From: Felis catus
Taxonomy: Eukaryota
NCBI RefSeq assembly: GCF_018350175.1
Contig: NC_058382.1
Span: forward strand, 56,112,001 to 56,176,000
Direction: 5' to 3'
Length of the DNA: 64,000 nt
Shown: in pieces, positions 1-11,869 of the stretch
Numbering within the stretch: the stretch's first letter is position 1
How the letters are laid out: every line of letters starts with the position of its first letter
Made by a program: the position numbers and the translations under genes
Notes under the pieces: model-generated
What the model was told of the DNA's origin: nothing
The model's input: the letters and a program-made list of their open reading frames with translations, nothing else
The model's database searches: none

Positions 1-508
1 ATATTTAAAGTGTACATCATGGTGACCCGGCACACATATACCTTGTGAGAGGATTCCCTGCATCGAGTTATTTAGTTAATTACCACCTCCATCACCTCAC
101 TCACGTATCTGTCCCTTCTTTTATTAAGGCTTTTTCTTTTTTTGGGGGGGAGAACATCTGATTTCCATTCTCCCAGCAAACATCAACCATAAAACAGACT
201 GCCAGTCATAGTCTTTATGCTCTCCATCACATCTTTAGAATGTATTCATCTTACTCCTGAAGATTTGTATCCTCTTGCCAACCTATCCATGTCTCCCCTA
301 ACTCCCAGCCCCTGGAAGCCACCTTCCTACTCTCTGTTTCTATGGGTTTGATTTTTTTTTTCCACATAAGTGATATTATGTAGTATTTGTCTTTCTCTGT
401 CTGGCTTATTCCTTTTAGCATAATGCCCTCATGGTTCATCCATGTTGTTGTCACAAGTGTCAGTATTTCCTTCTCTCTCATGGCCAAATAATATTCTATT
501 TCTATATA

Positions 509-558
<50 letters not shown>

Positions 559-700
559 GTATGTGTATATATATATGAATATTCCATAATATGTAACATA
601 TGATATGATACATGGAACATATTATATATGGTATATATAATGTATATCATATATTCTTTATGCATTCTTCCACTTATGGACACTTATATTGTTTCTATAC
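1..700 (-). mobile_element. Old L1 (L1MA9-like) 3' fragment, end of ORF2 plus 3' UTR
   Basis: The minus-strand frame 251..613 reads YYLAMREKEILTLVTTTWMNHEGIMLKGISQTEKDKYY, resembling the L1 ORF2 C-terminus. The flanking sequence matches an L1MA 3' UTR. Confidence 0.85.
511..576. repeat. (TA)n microsatellite within L1
   Basis: Read directly from the sequence. Confidence 0.97.
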
Positions 701-769
701 CTCTTAGACATTTTGGACTCAAATTGTATTTCTAGAACTTCCCCTTCCCTTATAGAAGTTATCATGGGT

Positions 770-1194
770 TATAGTAGGCTTAGTAATGGTTCCCTGAACA
801 TGTCCACATCCTTATTTCCATAACACATGACTATTACCTGGATAACCCAGGTGGACCTGACATAATCACAATGATCCTTATAAAAAGGAAGCAGGAGGCG
901 TCCATTAGAAACAGAAGACCATATGATGGTGGAAGGAGATAGTCAGAGATAGACAAGAATGCTATCCTGCTGGCTTTGAAGATGGAGGAGGGATATCATG
1001 AGTGAAAGGATGTAGTTGGCCAATGAAAGCTGGAAAGCAAAAGGAAACCGGTTGTCCCTTGAAGCTTGCTGAAGGAACACAGCCCTATTGACCCATTTTA
1101 GACTTCTGGTACCCAGATCTGTAATATAATAAAATATTTTTCAAACCACCAAGGTTGAGGTTATTTGATATAGCACCAATATAAAACTAATACA
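770..1194 (+). mobile_element. MaLR solo LTR, MLT1D-like
   Basis: Motifs atgtccacatcctta, ctgctggctttgaagatggagga and gacccattttagacttctg, with terminal aaactaataca. Confidence 0.85.
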
Positions 1195-1201
1195 TGAGGC
1201 A

Positions 1202-1700
1202 TGTCTTATTTTGAGTTCCCCTGAGTCAGAACTGGGGACAAAGAACTAGGTACAATTATTATTATTATTTTTTTTTTACTTTGAGAGGTGACCCAGGAAG
1301 CAAGAGTGAGGGGCAAGAGATGAGGTAGGGGAGGAGGGAGAGAGCCATTGTAATGAAGTATCATTGAAGTCACTGCCATGGGCAGCCAGGGTTCAAACCA
1401 CCAGGACCTCTGAATGACACATGGGATGTCCTTCAGAGGCATCCATCCAGAGGAGGGCAATTAGGGCATTTAACCAGCTGCCATTTCGCAGCATTGAGGG
1501 CGCCTTGAGGGCTGTCCCTGGAGCATCAGCTCCTCAACATTTCTCAGCTCTGCTTGACCTCACATTAACCAGGTTCCTGCAGTATAGGAGCAAGCCCCAC
1601 CCTGGAATATGAAAAGGCTGGGGCACTCTGCAGGGTAAGCCTGAGCTCTTAGGGGACTGTCCACTGTTGCAGTAGCTGAGATGGCACGCTGGCTGAGGTG
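1202..1700 (-). mobile_element. ERVL-class solo LTR (LTR33-like)
   Basis: Begins tgtcttattttgagttcccc...gaggtgacccaggaagca, typical of the reverse strand of LTR33/LTR16. Confidence 0.6.
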
Positions 1701-2619
1701 TTGGACTCAGGTGTTGTCTTCAATTAGACTGAATCCTCACCCCAAGATCTATTCGTCTAGTAAGTTTCCTACCTGGTGTCTCCATGGGTTTAGGGTTTTA
1801 TATACAGACTGGACAGGTCTTGCAGCGCCTGGCAAACAACTGGTACTTAATATTTGCTCAGTCAAACTTCCTGGGGCAGCTAAGTGTCACCCACGAGTAT
1901 CTCATATAGGTAGGGACTTCCTTCTTTATTTGTCTTAAGGGAGGTAGGTCTTATCTGGCATTTGAAACCCTAATTTAAATTGCTAAATTTACTAATTTTA
2001 GTTACTACTAGGTAAAATTACTAATTTAAATTACTTAAATTTAAATTACTAAAATTTCATAGAAGATGTAAATAGCACCAACTCTAGGGCAGGTACAGCC
2101 TCTAGTTTCTATGAAGGGCCAGCAAACCAAGCCTTCCTAATTGCATTCACTGAAATTCTTACAAAACAATTTCTCCTTTAAAATTTACCAGTTGAGTCTA
2201 GTTGATTAATCCTGGAATCTTAGTAGTAAAGAGTTAATTCCATTTACACAAAAACTATAATTTCATTGAGTGAATTATTTTTGGTTCTGTTTTAGCCAGA
2301 CTACAGGAGGACATGCCCGGTCAACTCAATCCCCCTGTAAGACAAAAACACTTTCAAATAATCTTGAAAACATCCCAAAGCTTGTTATCCCTGCCAAATT
2401 GCTTCTTGTTTCTTCAACTGGCATGTCTTGGTGTTTGCATTTACCAAACTCTGCATGGAACATTCTTTAGTATACATTGCTACTTGAAAAATGGCAATCA
2501 TGTTTCCAATATGGCCTTATCTGTGTCATCATCCCAGTTCCTATTCTCATTACATGAGGGTGTTGTTCCTTTGTCTATATTTATATAATACTTTTTACAT
2601 AATCCTCTATCCTAATAAA

Positions 2620-2857
2620 AATAATAATAACAGTTAGTAGCATGTAGCACCTCTTATGAACCTATCCTATCCTGTCCTAACCGTTTTGATTTACATTAAT
2701 TCATTGACCCTCACAAAGCAATGATGGTAGATATTGTAACTGGATGAACTGTACAAATGAGAAAACTAAGGTACAGAGAAGTTAAGTAACTTGCCTAGGA
2801 TTGCACAGCAACTAAGTGGTAAAACTGGGGTTTGAACCCAGGTAATCTAGCTCAAGA
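2620..2857 (-). mobile_element. MIR SINE
   Basis: Core acaaatgagaaaactaaggtacagagaagttaagtaacttgcctagg...ggtttgaacccagg. Confidence 0.88.
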
Positions 2858-3421
2858 TTCTTTTTTTTTTGAACCACTTCCTAATTCACAACATATAGAA
2901 AATACTATATTGTATTATTTGTCCATGTGTCTGCCTTTCCTTCTAGGTAATAAGTTTGTCAAGTGCTTTGTTCATTTCTCCATCTCCAGTACCTATCCCA
3001 GGGTCTGGCAGATAATAGAAATTTTAAACTTTGAATAAGGGAATTAATGAAAAAAAAAAAAAAAGATCCCAACTACTCTGTCCTAACAGCAGATCTCAAT
3101 GCCCCACCATTTGAAAGGACAATTGCCAAGACAAAAGAAAAGAGGCTGTGCCTGTTTGCGCTCAGGAATGGAGCACTCAGACAGAAGTTTCCACCTCATG
3201 ACCTTCTGACAGTCTTGCCCAAGGTTCCAAGGTCATGAGCCTTTTTTCATCTTCCTTCCTTTCTTCTCTTTCTCACTTTCCCTCCACTCCTCCTCCTTCC
3301 CTCTTTCCTCTATGCTTCCCTCTCTGTTGGTTTGCCCAGATTATATTTACATCTTGAAAAACCAAGTAAAGGGAACCAATGTTTTCTGAGCCTCTACTGT
3401 GGGGCCAACACTATGGTAGAC

Positions 3422-3965
3422 TGTATGAGTTTCCTCTGGCTGCTGCAACAAATTACCACATGCTTAGCATTAACTAAAATTAACTAAATTAAAAAAAATT
3501 AAATTAACCAAAACAGCACACATGGATTGTCATATAGTTTTGAAAGTTACCAGTCCAAAATGGGTCTCACTGGGCTAAAATCAAGTTGTCAGCAGGGCTC
3601 AGTTTCTTCTGGAGGTTAAGGGGGAAATCTGTGTTTCTGCCTTTTCCAGCTTCTAGAGGCCTCTTGCCCTCCTTAGCTGGTGGTCTCTTCCTCCACCTCC
3701 ACAGCTGACACTGGCAGACTCAGTCTTTGTCACAGCACATCACTGAGACCTGGCTTTCACTGCCACATCTCTTTCTCGAACTCTTCAGCTGAGTCTTCCA
3801 TTTTCAAGGAGTCTTGTGATTACATGTAGATAATCCAGGATAATCACTCTACTTCCTACTGGAAAGTCAGCTGACCTTAATTCCCCATTGCCATTTAATC
3901 TAACATATTCACGGATTATGGGGGTTCAGCTGAGGACATCTTTGGGGGACCATAATTCTGTACCT
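3422..3965 (-). mobile_element. MaLR solo LTR, MLT1D-like
   Basis: tgtatgagtttcctctggctgctgcaacaaattaccaca...ctcactgggctaaaatcaag...ggacatctttggggg. Confidence 0.88.
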
Positions 3966-5303
3966 TCCCTTTTAACAATTTGAGGAAAAGATACTGAGTA
4001 GCATTCAGTTGGAAATAAAATCTAGATGTTGGTCTCAAATTGTGTGTGAAGGCAACAACACTCAACAACTCAACTCGTGCATGAAGGACTCACCACACTG
4101 GTAGTATTCTGTCTCTTTATCTTCCCGAGACTCACAGGATCATTTCTAAGAGTCTGTTACATTATGACCAAGATGGTGGCAGGTGTTCTGTGTTGTGTGG
4201 CCATGAAACACCAGGAAGATTGTAAGGAGGTCAGATTTAGAGCTAGTGTGGGTGACATGACCTTACATGTCAGTGAGGACATTGACATGTGCCCACACGT
4301 GTGCGTGCACGTGTGTGTGTGGGCATGGGTGTGCCCACGCATGTCTGAAATACCTCTTTCCTCCATGCTTTCCCTGTAGGTAGAGTGCCTTTATAAACCC
4401 CAAAGGGTTTATATCCTCTAGCAGGATAAAGAGTCCATCAAAATTCATTGCTGTAACATTTTTATATCCTGCAAGTCAGAGCCAGGAGCCTTTCTTCCCT
4501 GTCAATCTCAGCCCCTCCAAACTGAGTCCAGTAGACAGACTTTGACAAGAGTAAACCAGAGGTGTTTTGTAGCAAGGATAAAGTAACTGTCCATCCACGC
4601 TAATAGCAAAAAGCAGTGAGTCAGTGAGAGGAAAACAACCAGGGGCCAGGAGACACTAGTGAGTTCGCTTGGAAAATACCATTTTGGAGCTGGCTTAAGA
4701 GAGGATGAGATCTGAGATTGTTCACTGCCTGCTGAGATAATTATTTGTGGCAGGAAGCTTCTCTCTTTTTTTTTATTTATGGCTGCTTCGAATACAGTTG
4801 TGTTAAGCTTTCCTCAGTCCTGATATTTCTCTCTGGCCTCTGGTGATGTATCTGTGATGCCATGGTGTAGAAGCCCCTCTGTCCTTGTCCCTTCCATGTT
4901 TAGCATAGAGTGGGGCAGGTGAGCTGCTGACTCACGCAAACACCCCCAGATCTCAGGGTCTCCACAATGCATGTGGGGTTTCCTTGTTGGGTACCTCTCT
5001 CCTAAGTCCTTGTCTTCTAAGCAGGGACCGATTTCTGGGCTCTTTCTATTGGATGACTCCACCATCTTGGAAGTCCTTCCTTTCTGTTTTCATCGATGGG
5101 GAAGAGAGGGCATTTCAGGGGCCAGGCCAAGAAGTGGGGAAAATCCTTTTACTCCCTTTATGTTGACCAGAGTTTAGTCACATGGCCGAAATCACTACAA
5201 CAGAGCCAGGAGCACACAGTTATGGATACCATTATGACAAGTAGCTAAAGCCTTGTCACAAGGAGCGTTCTTTGCTTAAAAAGCCTCTTTCCAAAGTCTA
5301 AAG

Positions 5304-5533
5304 TAGGGGTTGCAAATTCAAATGTCGGGGACAGGGCAGGGGCAGCGGGGCAGATATGTGTGTAACGGAGTCAAGCAAGCAGAAGTAATATGGGGGATGA
5401 TGCAGACAAGGACAGCCAAGAGAGGTGCGCTCTTTATAATATGATAATTTAACTTTTATGACAGACTGCTATGGCTAAACTAACCAAATCTGCTGGCCAC
5501 ATCCATCCCATATGCTGCCAGTTGGCAACCTGC
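5304..5533 (+). mobile_element. hAT-Charlie MITE, MER102-like
   Basis: Ends taggggttgcaaattcaaatg and gctgccagttggcaacctgc form degenerate terminal inverted repeats. Confidence 0.6.
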
Positions 5534-6074
5534 AGTCTGGGACAGAAAAAAAAAATTTTTTTTTTTTCTGGAAGCAAATTCCAAAGTTGGCTATGTTCTT
5601 GAATCACTACCTGTCAGGATAAACATAAACCCTTGCTTTTTTCAAAAAGAAAGCTCTAAACAGCAGCAAAGAAATGGACGCTAAAAAAAGGAAGCAGGTA
5701 TGAAGAGTGTGATGTAAGGCTTTGCTATTGGTGTGTTCGTCTAGGGCAGGGGCTCTGACACAGAGGACAGAGCTCTGGGCTGCCGTTTTAAAGAATGCTT
5801 GGTGTTCTGCAAAAGCAGCACAACTCAGCTCGCAACAGGCACGGATGTTTTTCATTGTGCACCTGACCCCAAGATGCAACTCCCCTCCCGTCTCTACCTG
5901 ACTCAGGCCCCTGCTGTTTCCCTTGAAGTATTTCTGAGCGCAGTCTGTACCCTGAACAGTTTTACAGTAACAACTAAAGTAATCTTTTGATGACATCTGT
6001 GAATGTCTACCCTGGGCAATAGAATACCAGTGAAACATGTATATTGGTTTAAACGTAATATATAGAAACAGTGA

Positions 6075-6293
6075 TAGTGATAGCAAACATTTCTTGAGCA
6101 ACTACTGTGTGCCTGGAACTACATAAGGCTCCTTACAACAAGTAACTCACTTCTTCCTGATAATAACCTTAAGATACTTTTATTGTTCCCATTTCCGTCT
6201 GAGGAAACTGAGACCTGGAAGGTTGCTTGCCCAAGGTTACAGCTGGTAAATGGCAGCAGATAAACTGGGAATTCATACAGAACCAGTGTGGCT
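6075..6293 (-). mobile_element. MIR SINE
   Basis: cccatttccgtctgaggaaactgagacc...ttgcccaaggttacagctggtaaatggcag. Confidence 0.85.
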
Positions 6294-6590
6294 GTGTCCT
6301 GTGCCTGTAGTTTGTCTGAACATGAATCTGCTTTCATAAGCAGACTGATTGTAATTTTCAAATGATAGAAATCCTTTGGTGATCACAAAAGTCGATCACT
6401 GCTGAGCTTTCAAAGGTGTATTGGTTGCCTGTTGTTCATGAAGTGCAAGGTAATGCATAAATGAACAAAAGAACCATATAGGAAGACCATAATTCCCAAG
6501 GCATTAAAGATAAGTTCAGAATGTTGTTCATAGCATATATTCTGGAAACGTTAAAGAGGATTTGGGGGAAAGTGTATCTAGGTCGTATAT

Positions 6591-6806
6591 ATTTTTTTAT
6601 TTTTTTAAATGTTTATTTACTTTTGAGAGAGAGAGAGAGAGAGGGTGGGGGTGGGCAGCAGAGAGAGGGAGACACAGAATCTGAAGCAGGCTCCAGCCTC
6701 TGAGCTGTCAGCACAGAGCCCGACGCGGGGCTCGAACTCACAAGCAGTGAGATCGTGACCTGAGCCAAAGTCAGACACTCAACTGACTGAGCCATCCAGG
6801 CGCCCC
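6591..6806 (-). mobile_element. Can-SINE (SINEC_Fc)
   Basis: Full-length reverse copy ending ggcgcccc. TSD tctaggtc(g/a)tatat at 6577-6590 and 6807-6820. Confidence 0.97.
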
Positions 6807-7429
6807 TCTAGGTCATATATTTATAAGAGTGACATCTGATAATGTTGAAGAAGAGGCTTGCTTGGTTCTGGAGTAATGTCCAAATACTTTTAAACCAAAG
6901 AGGGATGCTTCTTCACATTCTTCCACCAAACTCAGTACGATTGAGATTGAAGGGTGGGTGTCTGTGACAAAGTCATGCACAGATATGCTTAAATTCTGCT
7001 AAAAAGTCAAGGGGCAGTGGCAGTAAGTTGAAACTACCGCTACTGCCCAGGTGGAAGTCAGTGTTGGGGAAGAGCCCCCAAATTAGTCTGGATTCTTTTT
7101 TAAATAAAGTTTTGTCATTGCAGAGATGTGTTGCATGAAACCCAGACAGACACAAAGGAATTCATGTGAAAGCACAGAGCGTGTGGCTTAAAAGGACAAG
7201 TCTATATTCCCCTCCACTTATCTAGCTAATTCTGACCCATCTTTGAGATCAAAGCAGAGAGATGTCTCTTCTGTGGATTTGCTTTCTCTAATCCCCCTAG
7301 ATGAAATCAGACTCCCTGTCCCTGGCTTTGACATGCTCCCAGAGAGACCTGTAATTTCCCTTCAATTTAAATTCTAGTTAATTAATTAAATTATGATTTG
7401 CTAATGCCTGGCACCTTTTCTGCTCCACA

Positions 7430-7630
7430 TTAACAGCTAACATTTGCTGACCACTATCCTGTGCAACACTATTCTAGTTGCTTTAGATGCACCATCCATT
7501 GAGTCCGTATAGCTCCTCTCAGTTCACATCTCATTTCCCCATATTTCTGTTACTGTCAGTCAGGAAAGGAAAGAGCCAAGATTTGAACCAAGCAAAAGAC
7601 TCGGGAGTTTTTGCTTTTAATTACTGCATT
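7430..7630 (-). mobile_element. MIR SINE, apparently within a degenerate L2 fragment (about 7220-7730)
   Basis: taacagctaacatttgctga...agagccaagatttgaacc. An L2-like tail, aagtgaatgaactgaatg, follows. Confidence 0.6.
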
Positions 7631-8694
7631 ATTATGCTTCTATACAGGCTCCAGAACAGCACCTAACAGAGTGCTTGCTGAATCCCCAGGAGAATAATAA
7701 ATTTGGGGAACTAAGTGAATGAACTGAATGCAGGGAGGAGGGGCTCTCTCTTACTTCCTAAGTCACACCTTGCCCAGGAGACTGCTGCCTGTTTTTCCAT
7801 TAAAAGCATTTAACCTGAATTTTAGTGGGTGGAGGCACCTAAGAATTTATAAAACCAAGCTGAACCTCTGGGAGTCTTTTGACTCCTCCCACCCACCCTG
7901 AGGGTTAGCCGTTGGGAAAGGTTTATTTTTCCTTCCTGACTCCAGAAGAATCCTGAATAGAGCCCACCAAGAAATCAGGAAGGAGAAGGAGCTACAGAGA
8001 GACAAGAACAGGGGCTCAGCTCTTCCATCCTCTCAATCAGTTCTGGATTCTTATCCTCAGGATCCAGAGAGAAATGGTATCTCCTTAGTTCCTACGAGGT
8101 GACTGGTTTACCGGTCTGGGGTCGAGGGCAGAATTAGCTGATTAGAAGGTTAAGGTATAATTGTAGGCTCAGGATGCCTGGAGGCCACCTTTGACCATTT
8201 GCTATTTAACTGAATTAGCTGTTGGCCAGTTGAAGATTTTCTGCTTGCAAAATCGCCAGCAAATTATTCTGAGTCCTGAATCTGCATTCTGTGTGTGTGC
8301 CCCTTGGGGTGTTAGCATTATGACTGCCTCGGAAGCAATCTAACCAGAGCCTGCTCTGCAGGCAAGGGGAAGTTTCACAAGCAGAACTGCTCAGGTACAG
8401 AGCTATAATAATACCCTAACCCCTTTGATTTTAGAGAGATGATGTCGGTCAGGGTGATGATTCCCCCGTTTCAATTTCTCTGATGTTCCTCAGTCTGACC
8501 ACACCATGAACCTCCAAAGATTGATTCTTTGTCTTATTCCTTGGGGTTCAGTGCATTTCGGTGGGCTGTTATTTACCGAGAAGCCCGGGTTCCTCAGCTT
8601 CCAACCTTGTGTACAACCCTTTGAGTTTGCTGGTGGGGACGATAATGAGTTTTCTTCAGCAGCTGTGTACAGTGGTTAAGAGTTTGTATCCTAA

Positions 8695-9140
8695 TATCAA
8701 AGTTTGGTTTCCCAAGAAGCAGACACTAAGTCAAGGATTGGAGTGCAAGTTGCTTTCTTTGGAGAGTGGTGTCAGAGAAATACCAACAGGAGTTGAGGAA
8801 ATGGGCCAGGGAAGAAAAGGCAGTGAATGGAAGATGAGTTATCAAGCTAGATGCCACTGTGGACAACCGGAGTTGAATTCCAAGTGGAAATGGGGAGACA
8901 GAACACTTGCCTCCCAGGTATGGCTCCAGAGGGGGAGAGAGCTGAGGTATTTGTGCACCAGTTCCCACCTGGTATGGTGGAGGGCTGCTACTGAGAATCT
9001 CTGCTGAGCTGAGAAGCTCTCTGCTGGCACCATGGTGTTAAAGCAGCCTCCCATGGGATTCAGAGAAGTAGCTCAGCCAAATGTAAAGTCCTGCCCTAGG
9101 GTGTGGAAAGCCTGTGGGGTCTGGGAGGAGCTCTGACCGT
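8695..9140 (-). mobile_element. ERVL-class solo LTR (LTR33-like)
   Basis: gtttggtttcccaagaagcagacactaagtcaaggattggagtgcaagt...gagctgaggtatttgtgcaccagttcccac. Confidence 0.7.
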
Positions 9141-9272
9141 GATCCATCTCAGGGGACACCTAAGCCAGGACACCTGTCCCAGCTGTACAATCTTGGATCT
9201 TGGGCCAACGTGTGAGAACATCAGGCCCTTTGTAAAATGTAAGAATTTAATTTCCTATAAGAAATTAAATAT

Positions 9273-9456
9273 GGGGTACCTGGATGGCTCGGTTAGTTGA
9301 GCGACCAACTCTTGATTTCAACTTGGTTCATGAGTTTGAGCCCCGTATCGGGCTCTGAGTGGACAGTGCAGAGCCTGCTTGGGATTCTCTCTTCTTCTCT
9401 CTGTGTCCCTCCCCTGCTCTCTCTCTCTCTCTTTCAAAGTAAATAAACATTTAAAA
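9273..9456 (+). mobile_element. Can-SINE (SINEC_Fc2-like) inserted in a MIR remnant
   Basis: ggggtacctggatggctc...(CT)n...aaataaacatt. The MIR 3' part (catcatagggctgctgtggggattaaaggaga) follows. Confidence 0.92.
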
Positions 9457-9819
9457 TACTAAATACATCATAGGGCTGCTGTGGGGATTAAAGGAGATGA
9501 CGCATAGCAAACGTAGACATGCTTGCCTTGTACTAAAGGCTGAAAAACGTCAGCAATTGTATGTTAAGTTTTATGGAGCATCTTCTCTGTGCCAGTATAT
9601 ATGGTAGGTCCTTGGTATCAAAGTTGGGGAAAAAGAGGTAATTCCTATCTTGTAGTCTTTGCCTACTAAACCTGCGACTCTTCCTTGCCTTACTGAATTA
9701 CCCCTTGCCCAGGAGTGTGTCACCTACTATTATATTCCAAAACATATAGCCTAAATTTTTGACTCTGGGATGAAGAACCCCAAGGATTTGCAAAGACAAA
9801 GCTGAGCTTTTGGAAGCAA

Positions 9820-10098
9820 TTGTGAATTTTAGGTTTTCTAGTAGCCAAACTTACACAAGTACAAAGCAAGTGGTAACATTGACTTTAACAACATATCTGT
9901 TTAGTCCGGTCTGTAAAATATTATTATTTGAACAGTAATCTATATACAAATTATTAATTATTTTACATTATTTTTTAAATTTTTTGTAGTCAGTCTTCAA
10001 AATCCTACATGTATTTTACGCTGACATTTTCAGCCCAGCTACATTTCACATGCTTAGTAGCTGTGAGTGTCTCAAGGCCACCACATTGGATTGCAAAG
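9820..10098 (+). mobile_element. hAT-Charlie MITE, MER33-like
   Basis: ttttctagtagcca...gtcttcaaaatcc...gctacatttcacatgcttagtagc...cattggattgcaaag. Confidence 0.75.
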
Positions 10099-10547
10099 GT
10101 CTAGTGGGCCCTGAATTCCTTTGGGAAGTAATTTCCAATGGAATAGTTGTGCTTTCCTCCTCATTATAGATGGCACTGCTCCTTTGCATCTGTGACAGTG
10201 AAGTTGGTTTTAGCTCAGGCATCATATGAAATTGACTGTTTTTGTAACGAAATTTCACACATAGAAACCATGGTGAGAGTCTTAGCAGGTGTAAAAATCT
10301 GACAAAGTTATTTCTTTAACGGCAACTTAATGGAAACTGCAGCAGCTGTTCCCATTTGCGTGTTTTCCAAATCTCATCGCCAAAACGAATTGTTGGCAGC
10401 CACGGGAGAAATATCAACTTACCTCTTCATTTGGGAAATAAAATTAAAACCTCAGCTCATTTCTAAAAGTCACAGATTTGGTAAAAGTTAGCAGGGCAAA
10501 CACATAAGCCGCAGTTAAAATATTGATGGCTTCGGTTTTTTTCTCAG

Positions 10548-10659
10548 GTGCTGCCGCTAACATCTGCAGAAGATTTGGACTGCACGCCTGGATTTCAGCA
10601 GAAATTGTTCCATATTGATCAGCCGGCTCAGTTCATTGAGGACCAGGCGATTCTAAACC
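10548..10659 (+). CDS. CDH13: Cadherin-13 (T-cadherin) exon 2, internal coding exon, phase 0 to phase 1
   Basis: Translates to [37 protein letters not shown](+C), against recalled human residues 16-52 [37 protein letters not shown] (32/37 identical). It is 112 nt long with canonical flanks ttctcAG| and |GTAAGC. Confidence 0.97.
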
Positions 10660-11130
10660 GTAAGCAATGTCACTTGATGATTCTTTTGGCCCATTTTCGT
10701 GTTCGAACTCACCAGTGTCTGAGAATGTGTCTCAGGATGTGGTATTCCCTAAGCTAAGTGTTTTCTGATTGTTTTCTGTCTCTGCTTGACCCAGGGTGGA
10801 AGCTCTTGACCTAGGGCCTTGTTAGCTGAGAGGTGAACAGAGTAGTTGTGTATCGCTTTGTAGTATTTTGTCATCGGTGACCATTTCCCCACTACTCCCA
10901 GAAAAGGGGACCACCAGTCTCTAACGTAAGGAAACGAAATCCATTTCACTTGGGCAGATCCCTGAGCACAAAACCATTGTCTTTCCATGGATTGATGTTT
11001 GATCGGGATTTCTTGTGCGTAGTGTTAGGTCAAAATGATGGTGAAAGCAGGTTGGCTTCTGGGAATTTTTAGTCCTAGGAATTCAAAACTCCTATTCTGA
11101 AGGCTAATTGAGGCTCTTCAGAAAGATTCA

Positions 11131-11396
11131 CAGAGGTAGGGAGGCAAACCATAAGAGACTTTTAAATACAGAGACCAAATTGAGGGAGGATGGGGGCTTG
11201 GGGGAGAGGGGATAATGGGTGATGGGCGTTGAGGAGGGCACTTGTTGGGATGAGCACTGGGTGTTGTATGTAAGCGATGAACCACGGGAATCTACCCCAA
11301 AACTCAAGTGCACACTCCACACACTGTATATTAGCCAATTTGACAATAAATCATGTTTAAAAAATTAATAAAAAAATCATTTAAAAAAAAAAAGAA
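11131..11396 (+). mobile_element. Felid L1 3' end (5'-truncated) with poly(A) tail
   Basis: gggaggcaaaccataagagact...gatgagcactgggtgttgtatgtaagcgatgaaccacgggaatctacccc...tgacaataaa. TSD agaaag(a/t)ttca at 11120-11130 and 11397-11407. Confidence 0.93.
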
Positions 11397-11823
11397 AGAA
11401 AGTTTCAGAAACTCTACTGGCTATTTTGTGGAGTAAACTCAAATCCCCCCAAATTCCAATGAAAATATTCTCCTGTCAGATCTGTGGTTATCATCTCTTC
11501 CTATTTTTAATGCCAACATCACATTGTTTTATCTTCAGGAGAGTAGGGCGTACATTGCTAAATGTGTGGTGAGCATAGTTTTAGCACAATAGAATTTAAA
11601 ATTGATGGTAGGCAAATAACCATTTAATTGTAGACTCTTGAGCACCATTTTTTAACATCCAGGAATGAAGGCTATGAAAACAGTGATTTAATTTGGTCAG
11701 ATGCTCCAAGGTCCCTTTAGGGAAGATTATTGTGCATTTGCCCTTATGGTCTCAGGTTCGCCTTCCACACTGACCATACTCCTTCATTCCTGTGCTCTGT
11801 GGCTGGTATGTTTAAAGGAAAGG

Positions 11824-11869
11824 AAAACAAAACAAAACAAAACAAAACAAAAACAAAACAAAACAAAAC
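11824..11869. repeat. (AAAAC)n microsatellite
   Basis: Read directly from the sequence. Confidence 0.95.

Larger units (their letters stand above)
1..10547 (+). other. CDH13: CDH13 intron 1 (3' part)
   Basis: Ends in the polypyrimidine tract/acceptor ttcggtttttttctcAG (AG at 10546-10547), with a possible branch point TTGAT at about 10523-10527. No upstream exon recognised. Confidence 0.9.

Noticed and set aside
770..3965. Two MLT1D LTRs as the ends of one provirus
   Set aside because: They are in opposite orientations with no internal MaLR sequence between them, so they are independent solo LTRs.
5607..6101. 164-aa minus-strand ORF, the longest in the window
   Set aside because: No recognisable homology, begins in a MIR with a non-ATG start, and this length is plausible by chance in 64 kb.
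8561..9007. 148-aa ORF
   Set aside because: Mostly within an LTR33-like element, with no protein family resemblance.
10660..10757. C-terminal half of the 69-aa ORF 10548..10757
   Set aside because: Similarity to CDH13 ends exactly at the GTAAGC donor, so the rest is intron read-through. The 'M' is a GTG (Val) right after the acceptor.
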